Position numbers and translations under genes: made by a program. Below the pieces are notes generated by a model, which saw nothing but the letters and a program-made list of their open reading frames with translations, had not been told where the DNA came from and did no database searches. Positions 15,586 to 26,252 of a stretch of 64,000 nt of DNA are shown piece after piece. The DNA is taken from contig DATJUM010000194.1 of NCBI GenBank assembly GCA_035502355.1, forward strand, positions 6,483 through 70,482, in the 5' to 3' direction. Source of the stretch: Rhizomicrobium sp. (GTDB taxonomy: Bacteria; Pseudomonadota; Alphaproteobacteria; Micropepsales; Micropepsaceae). Position 1 is the stretch's first letter. The number at the start of each line of letters is the position of its first letter.

Positions 15586-18500
15586 ATGCTTCCCAGACTT
15601 TGTCACATCGGCCGCGCCGGCCAGGCAGAGACGGCACGGATCGCATTGGAGCGTGCCAAATCACTCGGCTTCAACGGCGTGGTCGCCGCCGCGGAGCCGG
15701 CGTGCTGGGAGGCAGAACTGCGAATGCTCGCCGAGGCCTGCGCCTCGCGCGATCTCGATCTCTTTGTGGATGCCGATTTTTCGCAATGGGATCTGCACGC
15801 CGAGCTGGTGCAGCAAAATCCCGATTGCTTCGCCATTCGCCGTGAAGGCGAGGGCGAAATCGTGGATCCACGATCGCCCGGCCGCGGGCATGGCTCTGCA
15901 CTGCTGCGAAGCTGTGACGATATGGCCCCGATTGCGGCCTGGTGCGCGGCGCGCGTTGCAGAAGCCATCTCAGCCGGTGTCAAGGGCTTTCGTGTCATTC
16001 ACCCCGGCGGCCCAAGCGCGAGACTTTGGAAGTTGCTGATCAACCGGGACCACGAACAAACAAACCGCGCGCCGGTGACGATTGCCGATACGACAGGTGT
16101 GCCCCGCAGCGAGCTTGGCCCGCTTGCGGAAGCCGGATTCGATTTTACACTGTCCTCCCTGCCGTGGTGGGACGGTCGCGCGAACTGGCTGATCGAGGAA
16201 TACGAGGTACTCGTGCGCGTTGCGCCGGTGATTGCGCTGGTCGATTCAGCCGCGAAACTTCCGCCTGCTTCGCTTGCCGCTCGCCGTGCCCGGCTGACCA
16301 CCGCGGCCGCGACGGGGTCGGGAATGCTCATGCCGCTCGGCTTTGCGGATATTGCGCAAGACGACGGCGAACCCCGCGCGATGTTCGATTGCATTCACGC
16401 CGTGAATGTATTCTTCGGGTCCCGGAACAACGCGCGTCCGGTTCTGCTTAAGCCAACCGGCGAGGGGGCGAATGTCACGGTTCTCTTGCGCGTGGACGGC
16501 CCCGATCCGGCGCTGGCAAGCGAAGCGTTTGTAGCGCTGATCAATCCGTCGGCCTCCATCGCGGTGACGCCTGGCGAAGAAACGCGGGCCGCGCTCGGCG
16601 ATCTCGACGCGCTGCGACCGATATTCGACGCCGACGGCGCCGGACAGCGGCTGTCGCCCGGAGCTGCCCGAATGTTTCATGCGATGCGATCCGCGCCGAT
16701 CCGCGCGACGCGTTCGGAAGACGACGAGGGTGCCGCGGCCGCGGCTGCGGCGCCCCGCATTGTCATCGACAACATTGCGCCATGCGTTGCCGGTGGCCGG
16801 TTTCCGGCTCGCCGCATTGTCGGCGAACGTGTGGTCGTGGAGGCCGATATTTTCACCGATGGCCATCCATTGCTCGCCGCCGAACTCTGCTGGCGCGCGC
16901 GAGACGAAGAGGGCTGGCATCGCGAGCGGATGACGGCGCTCGACAATGACCGCTGGCGTGCGACGCTCGATCTTGCGCGTATCGGTCGCTATCACTTCCG
17001 AATTTTGGCGTGGTTCGACATCTATGGCGGTTTCGTGCGCGATCTTTTGCGCAAGCACGAAGCCGGCCAGGATATTGTGTTTGAGCTCCGCGAAGGCGCG
17101 GAACTGTTGCGGAACGAGCTTGAAAGCGCAGCGGGAAAAGCGCGCGCCGCTCTCCAGAAAATCCTCGAAGCCTTCGACGATCTCGCGACGGGCGACCGCC
17201 TGGAACTGCTGACTGCTCCGGAAACGCTCGAAGCCGCGCGGCGCGCCGGCGATCGCCGGTTTCTGGTCAAGAGCGAAATCCACTGCATCGATGCGGAGCG
17301 TGCAAAGGCGCGCTTTGCCAGCTGGTATGAATTGTTTCCGCGCTCGCAAACCACCGATGTGTCGCGCTCAGGCACGCTGCGCGACGTGGTTACGCGGCTG
17401 CCGCCGATCGCGGAAATGGGATTCGACGTGCTTTATTTCACGCCGATCCATCCCGTCGGCAGGACGCACCGCAAGGGACGCAACAACGCGCTCGAAGCGG
17501 GGCCGCACGATCCCGGCAGCACTTATGCGATCGGCTCGCCCGAAGGCGGGCATGACTCGATTCATCCCGAACTCGGCACGTTGGAAGATTTCCGTGCCCT
17601 GGTGACGGCCGCACACGGGCATGGGGTGGAGATCGCCCTCGATTTTGCGGTCCAGTGTTCGCGCGATCATCCCTGGCTGGAGGAGCACAAGGGCTGGTTC
17701 GCCTGGCGGCCTGACGGCACCATCCATTTCGCCGAGAACCCGCCGAAGAAATACGAAGACATCGTGAACATCGAATTCTACGGGCGCGATGCCGTGCCCG
17801 CGGCGTGGCTCGCGCTTCGCGACATCGTGTTTCACTGGATCGATGCTGGCGTGCGCATCTTCCGCGTCGACAATCCGCACACCAAGCCGTTCCCGTTCTG
17901 GGAGTGGATGATCGCGGATGTACGCGCGCGCCATCCGAACACGATCTTTCTGTCCGAGGCTTTTACCCGGCCGAAGATCATGCATCGCCTGGCGCAGATC
18001 GGTTTCTCGCAGTCCTATACGTATTTCATCTGGCGGAACACGAAACGCGAGCTGACCGAATACATGACGGAGCTGACCACGCCGCCGGTTTCCGAGTTCT
18101 TCCGGCCGCATTTCTTCGTCAACACCCCCGACATCAATCCCTATTTCCTGCAGACTTCGGGGCGCGCCGGCTTTCTCATTCGCGCCGCGCTGGCGACGAC
18201 GCTTTCGGGCCTGTGGGGCATGTATTCGGGCTACGAACTGTGCGAATCCGAGCCGCTGCCGGGCCGCGAGGAATACAACAATTCGGAGAAATACGAAATC
18301 CGGCCGCGCGACTGGAATGCACCAGGCAACATCATCGCCGAGATTACGGCGCTCAACCGCCTGCGCAAAGAAGAGCCCGCGCTGCAGAGCCATTTGGGAT
18401 TGACTTTCTACAACGCGTTCAACGACAAGATAATTTATTACGGCAAGGCGGCGCCTGGCCATCGCGACCGCATTCTGGTGGCGGTCAGCCTCGATCCCCA

Positions 18501-18687
18501 TCGTCCGCAGGAGGCCGAATTCGAAGTACCGCTCTGGGAATGGGGCCTTGCCGACGACGGTACGCTTGAAGTGGAAGATCTGCTGCACGGTGGGCGCTTC
18601 GTTTGGCACGGGAAAATCCAGCGCGTTCGGCTTGTGCCCGAGGCACCTTATGCGATCTGGCGTGTGCGTCGGGCGCGCGAACCCTGA
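15586..18687 (+). CDS. glgE: alpha-1,4-glucan:maltose-1-phosphate maltosyltransferase (GlgE) with an extra N-terminal GlgE-like module
   Basis: 1033 aa. The canonical GlgE part starts after a poly-Ala linker (RIVIDNIAPCVAGGRFPARR...FRVDNPHTKPF...). About 375 aa precede it. Confidence 0.9.
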   Translation: MLPRLCHIGRAGQAETARIALERAKSLGFNGVVAAAEPACWEAELRMLAEACASRDLDLFVDADFSQWDLHAELVQQNPDCFAIRREGEGEIVDPRSPGRGHGSALLRSCDDMAPIAAWCAARVAEAISAGVKGFRVIHPGGPSARLWKLLINRDHEQTNRAPVTIADTTGVPRSELGPLAEAGFDFTLSSLPWWDGRANWLIEEYEVLVRVAPVIALVDSAAKLPPASLAARRARLTTAAATGSGMLMPLGFADIAQDDGEPRAMFDCIHAVNVFFGSRNNARPVLLKPTGEGANVTVLLRVDGPDPALASEAFVALINPSASIAVTPGEETRAALGDLDALRPIFDADGAGQRLSPGAARMFHAMRSAPIRATRSEDDEGAAAAAAAPRIVIDNIAPCVAGGRFPARRIVGERVVVEADIFTDGHPLLAAELCWRARDEEGWHRERMTALDNDRWRATLDLARIGRYHFRILAWFDIYGGFVRDLLRKHEAGQDIVFELREGAELLRNELESAAGKARAALQKILEAFDDLATGDRLELLTAPETLEAARRAGDRRFLVKSEIHCIDAERAKARFASWYELFPRSQTTDVSRSGTLRDVVTRLPPIAEMGFDVLYFTPIHPVGRTHRKGRNNALEAGPHDPGSTYAIGSPEGGHDSIHPELGTLEDFRALVTAAHGHGVEIALDFAVQCSRDHPWLEEHKGWFAWRPDGTIHFAENPPKKYEDIVNIEFYGRDAVPAAWLALRDIVFHWIDAGVRIFRVDNPHTKPFPFWEWMIADVRARHPNTIFLSEAFTRPKIMHRLAQIGFSQSYTYFIWRNTKRELTEYMTELTTPPVSEFFRPHFFVNTPDINPYFLQTSGRAGFLIRAALATTLSGLWGMYSGYELCESEPLPGREEYNNSEKYEIRPRDWNAPGNIIAEITALNRLRKEEPALQSHLGLTFYNAFNDKIIYYGKAAPGHRDRILVAVSLDPHRPQEAEFEVPLWEWGLADDGTLEVEDLLHGGRFVWHGKIQRVRLVPEAPYAIWRVRRAREP

Positions 18688-18689
18688 AG

Positions 18690-21600
18690 ATGGCGCGCCA
18701 TAAATCCTCAATTCTGCTGAATGACCCACATTGGTATCGCGATGCGGTCATCTATCAGCTGCATGTGAAGTCATTCTTCGATTCCAACAATGACGGCGTC
18801 GGCGATTTTCCCGGGCTGATCAAGCGGCTCGACTATCTTGCCGAGCTGGGCATCAACGCGATCTGGCTCCTGCCATTCTATCCGTCGCCGCGGCGCGACG
18901 ACGGTTATGACATCTCCGACTATCGCAGCGTTCATCCGGAATATGGAACCATCGGCGATGTGCGCACCTTTATCAACGAAGCCCATGCGCGTGGCATCCG
19001 CATCATCACCGAGCTCGTCATCAACCATACCTCCGATCAGCATCCGTGGTTCCAGCGGGCGCGGCGCGCAAGGCCGGGCTCGGCTGCCCGCAATTTCTAC
19101 GTCTGGTCCGACAACGACAAGGGCTATGCCGGCACGCGGGTGATCTTTATTGACACCGAGAAATCCAACTGGACCTGGGACGAAGATGCAAAGGCGTATT
19201 ATTGGCATCGCTTTTATTCGCATCAGCCGGACTTGAACTTCGACAATCCGCAAGTGTTGAAGGCCGTGATTTCGGTGATGCGCTTCTGGCTCGACATGGG
19301 CGTGGACGGGCTTCGGCTCGATGCCGTGCCTTATCTCGTGGAGCGCGAAGGCACATCGAATGAGAACCTGCCGGAGACCCATGCGATTCTGAAGCATATC
19401 CGCAAGGTCATCGACGATCATTATCCCGACCGCATGCTGCTCGCTGAAGCCAATCAGTGGCCGGAGGACATTCAGGAGTATTTCGGCGCCGGGGACGAAT
19501 GCCACATGGTGTTCCATTTCCCTCTGATGCCGCGCATGTACATGGCAATCGCGCAGGAAGACCGCTTTCCAATCACCGACATCATCCGCCAGACGCCCGA
19601 CACGCCGCCCGGCTGCCAATGGGCGATCTTCCTGCGCAATCACGACGAGCTGACGCTCGAAATGGTGACCGATCGCGAGCGTGATTATTTGTGGGAAGTC
19701 TATGCGGCCGACCGCCGGGCACGTCTCAATCTCGGCATTCGCCGACGGCTCGCGCCTTTGCTCGAAAACGATCGCCGCCGCATCGAGCTGATGAACAGCC
19801 TGCTGCTCACCATGCCCGGAACCCCGATCATCTATTATGGCGATGAGATCGGCATGGGCGACAATATCCATCTGGGGGACCGCGATGGCGTGCGGACGCC
19901 GATGCAGTGGTCCGTAGACCGAAACGGCGGATTCAGCCGTGCGGATCCTGCATCCCTCGTGCTGCCGCCGCTGATGGATCCGATCTGGGGCTATGAGGCG
20001 GTCAATGTCGAAGCGCAATGGCGCAATCCGCATTCGCTGCTCAACTGGCTGCGTCACATGCTGGTGGAGCGCGGTCGACACCAGGCGTTTGGCCGCGGAA
20101 CGCTGCGCCTTCTGCAGCCGCAAAACCGCAAGGTGCTCGCCTATTTGCGCGAATATGACGACGACACGATTTTGTGCGTTGTCAACGTCTCGCGCTCGGC
20201 GCAGGCCGTCGAACTTGAATTGAGCGAGTTCGCAGGCCGCACACCCATCGAGCTTCTCGGCGGCACGCCTTTTCCGCAGATCGGGCAGCTTACCTATCTG
20301 CTGACGCTTCCCCCTTATGGTTTCTACTGGTTCAAGCTTAGCAAGGAGGCGCAGGCGCCGGCCTGGAGCACGGCGACGGCTGGTCCTTTCATCGAGCATC
20401 AGACGTTCGTCATGCGCGGAAGCCTCGCACAATCGCTCGACGGCAGGACCAAGGAAATACTCGAGCGGGATATCCTGCCCGTCTATGTACAAGGCCGGCG
20501 CTGGTTCCAGCAGAAAGGCGCGGATATTCGCGAGACGCGGATTCTCGCCGCAGCACCCATGCCGGGTGCAGAGGAAGACGCCGCGCTCGTCGACATCGAA
20601 GTAACAGTCGAAGGCGAGAAGATTTGCTATGCGCTGCCCATGGCGATTGCCTGGGAAGACGTGTCCCCATCGCCTTTCGAGGCGCCACTCGCCTTTGCCC
20701 GTGCGCGGCGCGCAAGGCGGGTCGGTCTGCTCACGGACGGTTTTGCGTCGGCGAGTTTGGCGCGCGCGATTCTGGGTGGGCTTGCCGCACGCAAGCGAAT
20801 TCCCTTCGGCAGGTCCGAAATCGAATTCCTCCCGCTCGGCAATGCCGCGGCGGAAATACCAAGCGATGCGCCCATTGAATGGCCTGGCGCCGAGCAGACG
20901 AATTCCAGCCTCATCATCGGGCGGCGGGTGATCGTTAAATTATTCCGCCGCGCGGCGCGCGGTATCCATCCCGAACCGGAAATGGCGCGCGTACTGACCG
21001 AGCGCGGCTTCACCGGAACGCCCGCGCTGATCGGCGAAGTGGTGCGAAGGCACGCGTCCGGCGAAACATCGGTGCTGGCCGTTGTCGAAGCCTATGTCGC
21101 CAACCAGGGAGATGGCTCGCAATGGACATATGAGCAGCTGACGCGGATCATCGACGAACAGGCCGTTGCGCCTACGGAAGAGGGCAGCGACGCCTTCGCG
21201 CCCTATTGGGCTTTCGTACACGCGCTGGGCCGGCGCGTGGGCGAGATGCATACGATCCTTGCGGAGCGGAGCGACGATGCTGCCTTTGCGCCAGAAACCG
21301 TGGAACCAGACAATGTGAAAGCCGCCTGTGACGGTGCGCGCGATCAGCTCAAGAGGGCACTGAAATGCCTGGTCCGCACCGAAGATAAGGACCGGCGGCA
21401 TCTCGTTGCCCAGCTCGCATCGCGCCGCGACGAAGTTCTCGAGATGCTCGCCAGGTTGCTGGCGAGCGGGCTGGGATCGCTGCGCACGCGCATCCATGGC
21501 GACCTGCATCTCGGGCAGGTCTTGGTTTGCGGCAATGACGTGTCAATCATCGATTTCGAAGGCGAACCGCTCCGGCCGCTGAAGGAGCGGCGTGCGAAAC

Positions 21601-21944
21601 GCAGCCCGATGCGCGATGTCGCGGGCATGGTTCGTTCATTTGATTACGCCGCGGGCATCATCGAACGCGAACCCAAGCTCGCCGCCACGGCACCGGGCCA
21701 GGCGCGGGCCGCCGAATTGCTCGCCGAATTCCGGCGACTTGCCGAGAGCAATTTCCTCGACGCCTATGGCGAAGGGCGCGGGCGTCCACTCGACGCCGCC
21801 GAGCGCCGGGTAATCCGGGCCTTCGCCATTGAAAAGGCCGCTTATGAGATCGTCTATGAAACAAACAACCGTCCGGATTGGGTCGATATCCCGCTGCGCG
21901 GGCTTGCCGATCTTTTGCAGCGTGCCCCGGAGCAGCTGGGGTGA
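18690..21944 (+). CDS. treS: trehalose synthase / maltokinase fusion (TreS-Pep2)
   Basis: ATG 18690 lies 2 nt after the glgE stop. The N-terminus [28 protein letters not shown]...DAVPYL is GH13 TreS. The C-terminal ~500 aa (…[11 protein letters not shown]…DFEGEP) is a maltokinase-like kinase domain. Confidence 0.92.
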   Translation: MARHKSSILLNDPHWYRDAVIYQLHVKSFFDSNNDGVGDFPGLIKRLDYLAELGINAIWLLPFYPSPRRDDGYDISDYRSVHPEYGTIGDVRTFINEAHARGIRIITELVINHTSDQHPWFQRARRARPGSAARNFYVWSDNDKGYAGTRVIFIDTEKSNWTWDEDAKAYYWHRFYSHQPDLNFDNPQVLKAVISVMRFWLDMGVDGLRLDAVPYLVEREGTSNENLPETHAILKHIRKVIDDHYPDRMLLAEANQWPEDIQEYFGAGDECHMVFHFPLMPRMYMAIAQEDRFPITDIIRQTPDTPPGCQWAIFLRNHDELTLEMVTDRERDYLWEVYAADRRARLNLGIRRRLAPLLENDRRRIELMNSLLLTMPGTPIIYYGDEIGMGDNIHLGDRDGVRTPMQWSVDRNGGFSRADPASLVLPPLMDPIWGYEAVNVEAQWRNPHSLLNWLRHMLVERGRHQAFGRGTLRLLQPQNRKVLAYLREYDDDTILCVVNVSRSAQAVELELSEFAGRTPIELLGGTPFPQIGQLTYLLTLPPYGFYWFKLSKEAQAPAWSTATAGPFIEHQTFVMRGSLAQSLDGRTKEILERDILPVYVQGRRWFQQKGADIRETRILAAAPMPGAEEDAALVDIEVTVEGEKICYALPMAIAWEDVSPSPFEAPLAFARARRARRVGLLTDGFASASLARAILGGLAARKRIPFGRSEIEFLPLGNAAAEIPSDAPIEWPGAEQTNSSLIIGRRVIVKLFRRAARGIHPEPEMARVLTERGFTGTPALIGEVVRRHASGETSVLAVVEAYVANQGDGSQWTYEQLTRIIDEQAVAPTEEGSDAFAPYWAFVHALGRRVGEMHTILAERSDDAAFAPETVEPDNVKAACDGARDQLKRALKCLVRTEDKDRRHLVAQLASRRDEVLEMLARLLASGLGSLRTRIHGDLHLGQVLVCGNDVSIIDFEGEPLRPLKERRAKRSPMRDVAGMVRSFDYAAGIIEREPKLAATAPGQARAAELLAEFRRLAESNFLDAYGEGRGRPLDAAERRVIRAFAIEKAAYEIVYETNNRPDWVDIPLRGLADLLQRAPEQLG

Positions 21945-24136
21945 TCAGATCATCGGATCACGACGCGGATCTCACCGCGGCGCTTGCGCTTGCGGCGGGA
22001 CGGTTTACGGATCCGTTTTCGTTTCTTGGGCCGCATCGTGGCGGGCACGGAACGTTGGTGCGTGCCTTTCTTCCCCATGCGCTCGGCGTAGAAGTCCTGG
22101 CACGGGAGGGCGGTGAATCGCTCGGACGTCTCGCGCAAGTGCATGAGAAAGGACTGTTTGTCGGGCCGTTGTCGCATTTCGTGCCCTACGTCCTGCGTAT
22201 CGAATGGCCGCATGCCGTTCAGGAGACCGAAGACCCCTACTCTTTCGGCCCATTGCTCAGCGACCTGGACCTGCATCTCTTTTCCGAGGGCACGCATTAC
22301 CGCCTGGCCGAGAGGTTCGGAGCGATTGTTACAACGATCGACGGTGTGCCCGGCGTGCAATTTGCGGTCTGGGCGCCGAATGCAAGGCGGGTTTCCGTTG
22401 TCGGCGATTTCAATGCCTGGGACGGAAGGCGCCATCTCATGCGGCTGCGCCATTCCGCGGGCGTGTGGGAAATCTTCATCCCGCGGCTCGCGCCGGGCGA
22501 ATGTTACAAATACGAGATCGTTGGGCCTTCAGGCGAGGTGCCGCTCAAGGCCGATCCTCTGGCGCGCGCGACCGAACGGCCTCCCGCAACCGCGTCGGTC
22601 GTGGCCCGTCCGTTGAATATTCGCTGGACGGATTCCGACTGGATGGCCACCCGGGGCAGTCGTCAGCTGCCGTCCTCTCCCATTTCGATCTACGAAGTGC
22701 ACGCCGCTTCATGGCTCAGGCCGGCCGACGATCCGCTCGGTACGATCGACTGGCTGACGCTCGCCGAACATCTCATTCCGTATGTGAGCGATCTCGGTTT
22801 CACGCATATCGAACTCTTGCCGATCATGGAGCATCCCTTCGGTGGTTCCTGGGGCTATCAGTCCCTTTCGCAATTTGCGCCCAGCGCGCGCTTCGGCCCG
22901 CCGCAGGAATTTGCGCATTTCGTGGATGCGTGCCACCGCGCCGGGCTGGGCGTGATCCTCGACTGGGTGCCGGGTCATTTCCCGACCGATCCGCACGGAC
23001 TGGCGCGCTTCGACGGCACGCCGCTTTACGAGCATGCCGATCCCCGCGAAGGCTTTCATCGCGACTGGAATACTTACATCTACAATCTGGGTCGTCGTGA
23101 AGTGCAGAGTTTCCTCATTTCCAGCGCGCTCTTCTGGCTGGAGACATTCCATGTCGACGGATTGCGGGTCGATGCGGTGGCCTCGTTGCTCTATCGTGAT
23201 TATTCGCGGCCGCCCGGCGAATGGCTTCCCAATCGCTTTGGCGGCCGGGAGAATCTCGAAGCGATCGATTTCCTGCGGCGGTTGAACGGGCTGGTGCGCG
23301 AGCACGTTCCCGGCGCCGTTACCGTCGCCGAGGAGTCGACGGCGTGGCCGGGTGTTTCCACACCCGCCGAGCTGGGCGGCCTCGGTTTCCATTTCAAATG
23401 GAACATGGGCTGGATGCATGACACGCTGTCCTACATATCCGAAAACCCCGTGCACCGCCGCTGGCATCACGACAAGATGACATTCGGGCTGGTCTACGCC
23501 TTCGCCGAGCGTTTCATACTTCCGTTGTCGCACGATGAAGTCGTGCATGGAAAAGGTTCGCTCTACGGTCGCGTGCCGGGAGACGCCTGGCAGAAACTCG
23601 CGACGCTCCGCGCCTATTTCGGATTCATGTGGACGCATCCGGGGAAGAAGCTTCTCTTCATGGGCGGTGAACTTGCGCAAATGCGCGAGTGGAATCACGA
23701 CGGCGAGATCGACTGGGCACTCCTGGACGATCCCGGCCATGCCGGCATGCAGCGCCTCGTGGGCGATTTGAACAGGTTGCATCGCGTTGAACCGACGCTT
23801 CACCAACAGGATGCGGAAAGCGCTGGGTTTTCCTGGATCATAGGCGACGACGTGGACAGCAGCGTTTACGCCTATGAGCGACATGCGGAAGGCGAGGCGC
23901 CCGTTATCGCGGTTGTGAACATGACCCCCGTGCCACGGGACTCATATCGCATCGGCGTGCCTCGGGCCGGCTTCTGGCGCGAGCTTCTGAACACCGATGC
24001 CGCGCTCTATGGAGGTGGCAATCTCGGCAATGCCGGCGGCGTCCTCGCCGAAGACATTCCCGCGCATGGCCGCGTGCATTCGCTCAATCTCTTATTGCCG
24101 CCGCTCACTACGCTCATTCTGAAACACGAGGTTTGA
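21941..24136 (+). CDS. glgB: 1,4-alpha-glucan branching enzyme
   Basis: GTG 21941 overlaps the treS stop (GTGA). GH13 branching-enzyme motifs are present: [45 protein letters not shown]. Confidence 0.92.
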   Translation: MIRSSDHDADLTAALALAAGRFTDPFSFLGPHRGGHGTLVRAFLPHALGVEVLAREGGESLGRLAQVHEKGLFVGPLSHFVPYVLRIEWPHAVQETEDPYSFGPLLSDLDLHLFSEGTHYRLAERFGAIVTTIDGVPGVQFAVWAPNARRVSVVGDFNAWDGRRHLMRLRHSAGVWEIFIPRLAPGECYKYEIVGPSGEVPLKADPLARATERPPATASVVARPLNIRWTDSDWMATRGSRQLPSSPISIYEVHAASWLRPADDPLGTIDWLTLAEHLIPYVSDLGFTHIELLPIMEHPFGGSWGYQSLSQFAPSARFGPPQEFAHFVDACHRAGLGVILDWVPGHFPTDPHGLARFDGTPLYEHADPREGFHRDWNTYIYNLGRREVQSFLISSALFWLETFHVDGLRVDAVASLLYRDYSRPPGEWLPNRFGGRENLEAIDFLRRLNGLVREHVPGAVTVAEESTAWPGVSTPAELGGLGFHFKWNMGWMHDTLSYISENPVHRRWHHDKMTFGLVYAFAERFILPLSHDEVVHGKGSLYGRVPGDAWQKLATLRAYFGFMWTHPGKKLLFMGGELAQMREWNHDGEIDWALLDDPGHAGMQRLVGDLNRLHRVEPTLHQQDAESAGFSWIIGDDVDSSVYAYERHAEGEAPVIAVVNMTPVPRDSYRIGVPRAGFWRELLNTDAALYGGGNLGNAGGVLAEDIPAHGRVHSLNLLLPPLTTLILKHEV

Positions 24137-24137
24137 A

Positions 24138-26252
24138 ATGGATTCGCTGCCGGACCGCCTGGATCCGGGCCTGCACTTCCCGCTCGGCGCCCACTGGAAC
24201 GGGCTGGGCGTCAATTTTGCCGTGTTCTCCGCACATGCGACGCGGATCGAACTTTGCGTGTTCGATCCGACGGGGCGTCGCGAAATTGCGCGTTTTGATC
24301 TTCCCGAACGCAGCGAAGATATCTGGCATGGGTATCTGCCCCAGGCGCAGCCCGGACTCGTTTACGGCTTCCGCGCGCACGGACCCTACGAGCCGCAGCA
24401 TGGCATGCGCTTCAATCCGCACAAATTATTGCTCGATCCCTATGCGCGCCGGCTGGTGCACAATCTCCGCTGGACAGACGCACTGTTCGGATATCGCGTC
24501 CACTCTCCGCGCGCGGATCTGAGCTTCGACCGCCGCGACAGTGCGGCCGCGATGGTGAAGGCCGCTGTCGACGATGACACCTTCGAGTGGGGCGACGACA
24601 CGCGCCCCTGCATCCCGTGGGGCGATACGGTCATCTACGAAACGCATGTGCGCGGCATGACCAAGCTGCTTGAGCGCGTGCCTTCCTCTGCGCGCGGGAC
24701 CTTTGCCGGCCTTGCCCACCCCTTCGTCATCGAACATCTGAAACGGCTGGGCATTACAGCGGTCGAGCTTCTCCCGGTGCACGCGTTTATGCAGGACCGG
24801 ATGCTTCTCGAGAAAAAACTCACGAACTACTGGGGTTACAACACGCTTGCCTTTTTCGCGCCGGAGCCGCGCTATCTTTCCAGCGGCAGCGCGCACGAAA
24901 TGCGGGCCGCGGTGCGCAAGCTCCACGCGGCCGGCATCGAAGTGATCCTGGATGTCGTCTACAACCACACCTGCGAAGGCGGTGAAATGGGGCCGACGCT
25001 GTCGTGGCGCGGCCTCGACAATGCAAGCTACTACCGCCTCCCCTCCGACAATCGCCGACGCTATATCAACGACACGGGAACCGGGAATACGGTCAATGTC
25101 TCGCATCCGCGCGTGCTGCAGATGGTGCTCGATTCGCTCCGCTACTGGGCGACGTCCTTCCGCGTGGACGGCTTCCGCTTCGATCTCGGCGTCACACTGG
25201 GACGCGAGGATCACGGCTTCGATTCGGGCAGCGGCTTCTTCGACGCGCTGCGACAGGATCCGGAACTGTCGAAACTGAAGATCATCTCCGAGCCCTGGGA
25301 CATCGGGCCTGGCGGCTACCAGGTCGGGCGGCACCCACCTGGCTTCGCCGAATGGAACGACCGTTTTCGCGACGGCGTTCGGCGCTATTGGAGTGGCGAA
25401 GCGGGTGTGCGGGGGGCTCTTGCCGGCCGGCTGTCCGGTTCCTCCGACCTGTTCGAGCATGACCACCGCAAACCCTGGGCGTCAGTCAATTTCATCACCG
25501 CACATGACGGCATGACGCTCGAAGATCTCGTCAGCTACAACCAAAAACACAATGAGGCGAACGGCGAGAACAATATGGACGGACAGTCCGACAATCACTC
25601 CAACAACTGGGGCGTGGAGGGGCCGGAGGCGGATGCCGGCGTGAAAGCCGTGCGGGAGCGCGTCAAGCGCTCCATGCTGATGACGCTGTTGGCAGCCATG
25701 GGGACACCAATGTTGCTCGGCGGCGACGAATTCGGCCGGACGCAAAAGGGCAACAACAATGCCTATTGCCAGGATAACGACGTCTCCTGGTTCGACTGGA
25801 AACTTGCGGAAACAGGCGACGGACGCGAACTCATGGGTTTCGTGCAGCGGCTTATCGCGTTCCGACGCGGCTTTCCGCGGCCCAATGTGTTTCTTCATGG
25901 TGCCAAGCAGGTCGTGCCGGGGTTCGTGGATATCGAATGGTTCGACGAACGCGGCACCCGCCTCAGCGAGCAGGATTGGCAGAATCCGGAAGGGAGGGCT
26001 CTCATTCTTTATCTGGCAAACCGCGCGAGCGATGGGCCAGCGAGCATCACCGGGCTCGCAATGAACGCGTCTGGCTCTCCGCTCGATTATCATCTTCTGG
26101 AGAATGTGCGTTGGCGGATGGTGCTCGACAGCGGCCTACCCGAACGCGCGGAAACTGTCCTCGACCAGCCTGTCTATCACATCGATCCGCACGGCGCGGC
26201 GCTGTTCGCGGGCGAATGGACGGGAAGCATCGAACAGCATCGCGGAACGTGA
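24138..26252 (+). CDS. glgX: glycogen debranching enzyme GlgX
   Basis: 704 aa. The start lies 1 nt after the glgB stop. Sequence LGAHWNGLGVNFAVFSAHA...VILDVVYNHT...DGFRFDL...ISEPWD is typical of GlgX. Confidence 0.92.
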   Translation: MDSLPDRLDPGLHFPLGAHWNGLGVNFAVFSAHATRIELCVFDPTGRREIARFDLPERSEDIWHGYLPQAQPGLVYGFRAHGPYEPQHGMRFNPHKLLLDPYARRLVHNLRWTDALFGYRVHSPRADLSFDRRDSAAAMVKAAVDDDTFEWGDDTRPCIPWGDTVIYETHVRGMTKLLERVPSSARGTFAGLAHPFVIEHLKRLGITAVELLPVHAFMQDRMLLEKKLTNYWGYNTLAFFAPEPRYLSSGSAHEMRAAVRKLHAAGIEVILDVVYNHTCEGGEMGPTLSWRGLDNASYYRLPSDNRRRYINDTGTGNTVNVSHPRVLQMVLDSLRYWATSFRVDGFRFDLGVTLGREDHGFDSGSGFFDALRQDPELSKLKIISEPWDIGPGGYQVGRHPPGFAEWNDRFRDGVRRYWSGEAGVRGALAGRLSGSSDLFEHDHRKPWASVNFITAHDGMTLEDLVSYNQKHNEANGENNMDGQSDNHSNNWGVEGPEADAGVKAVRERVKRSMLMTLLAAMGTPMLLGGDEFGRTQKGNNNAYCQDNDVSWFDWKLAETGDGRELMGFVQRLIAFRRGFPRPNVFLHGAKQVVPGFVDIEWFDERGTRLSEQDWQNPEGRALILYLANRASDGPASITGLAMNASGSPLDYHLLENVRWRMVLDSGLPERAETVLDQPVYHIDPHGAALFAGEWTGSIEQHRGT

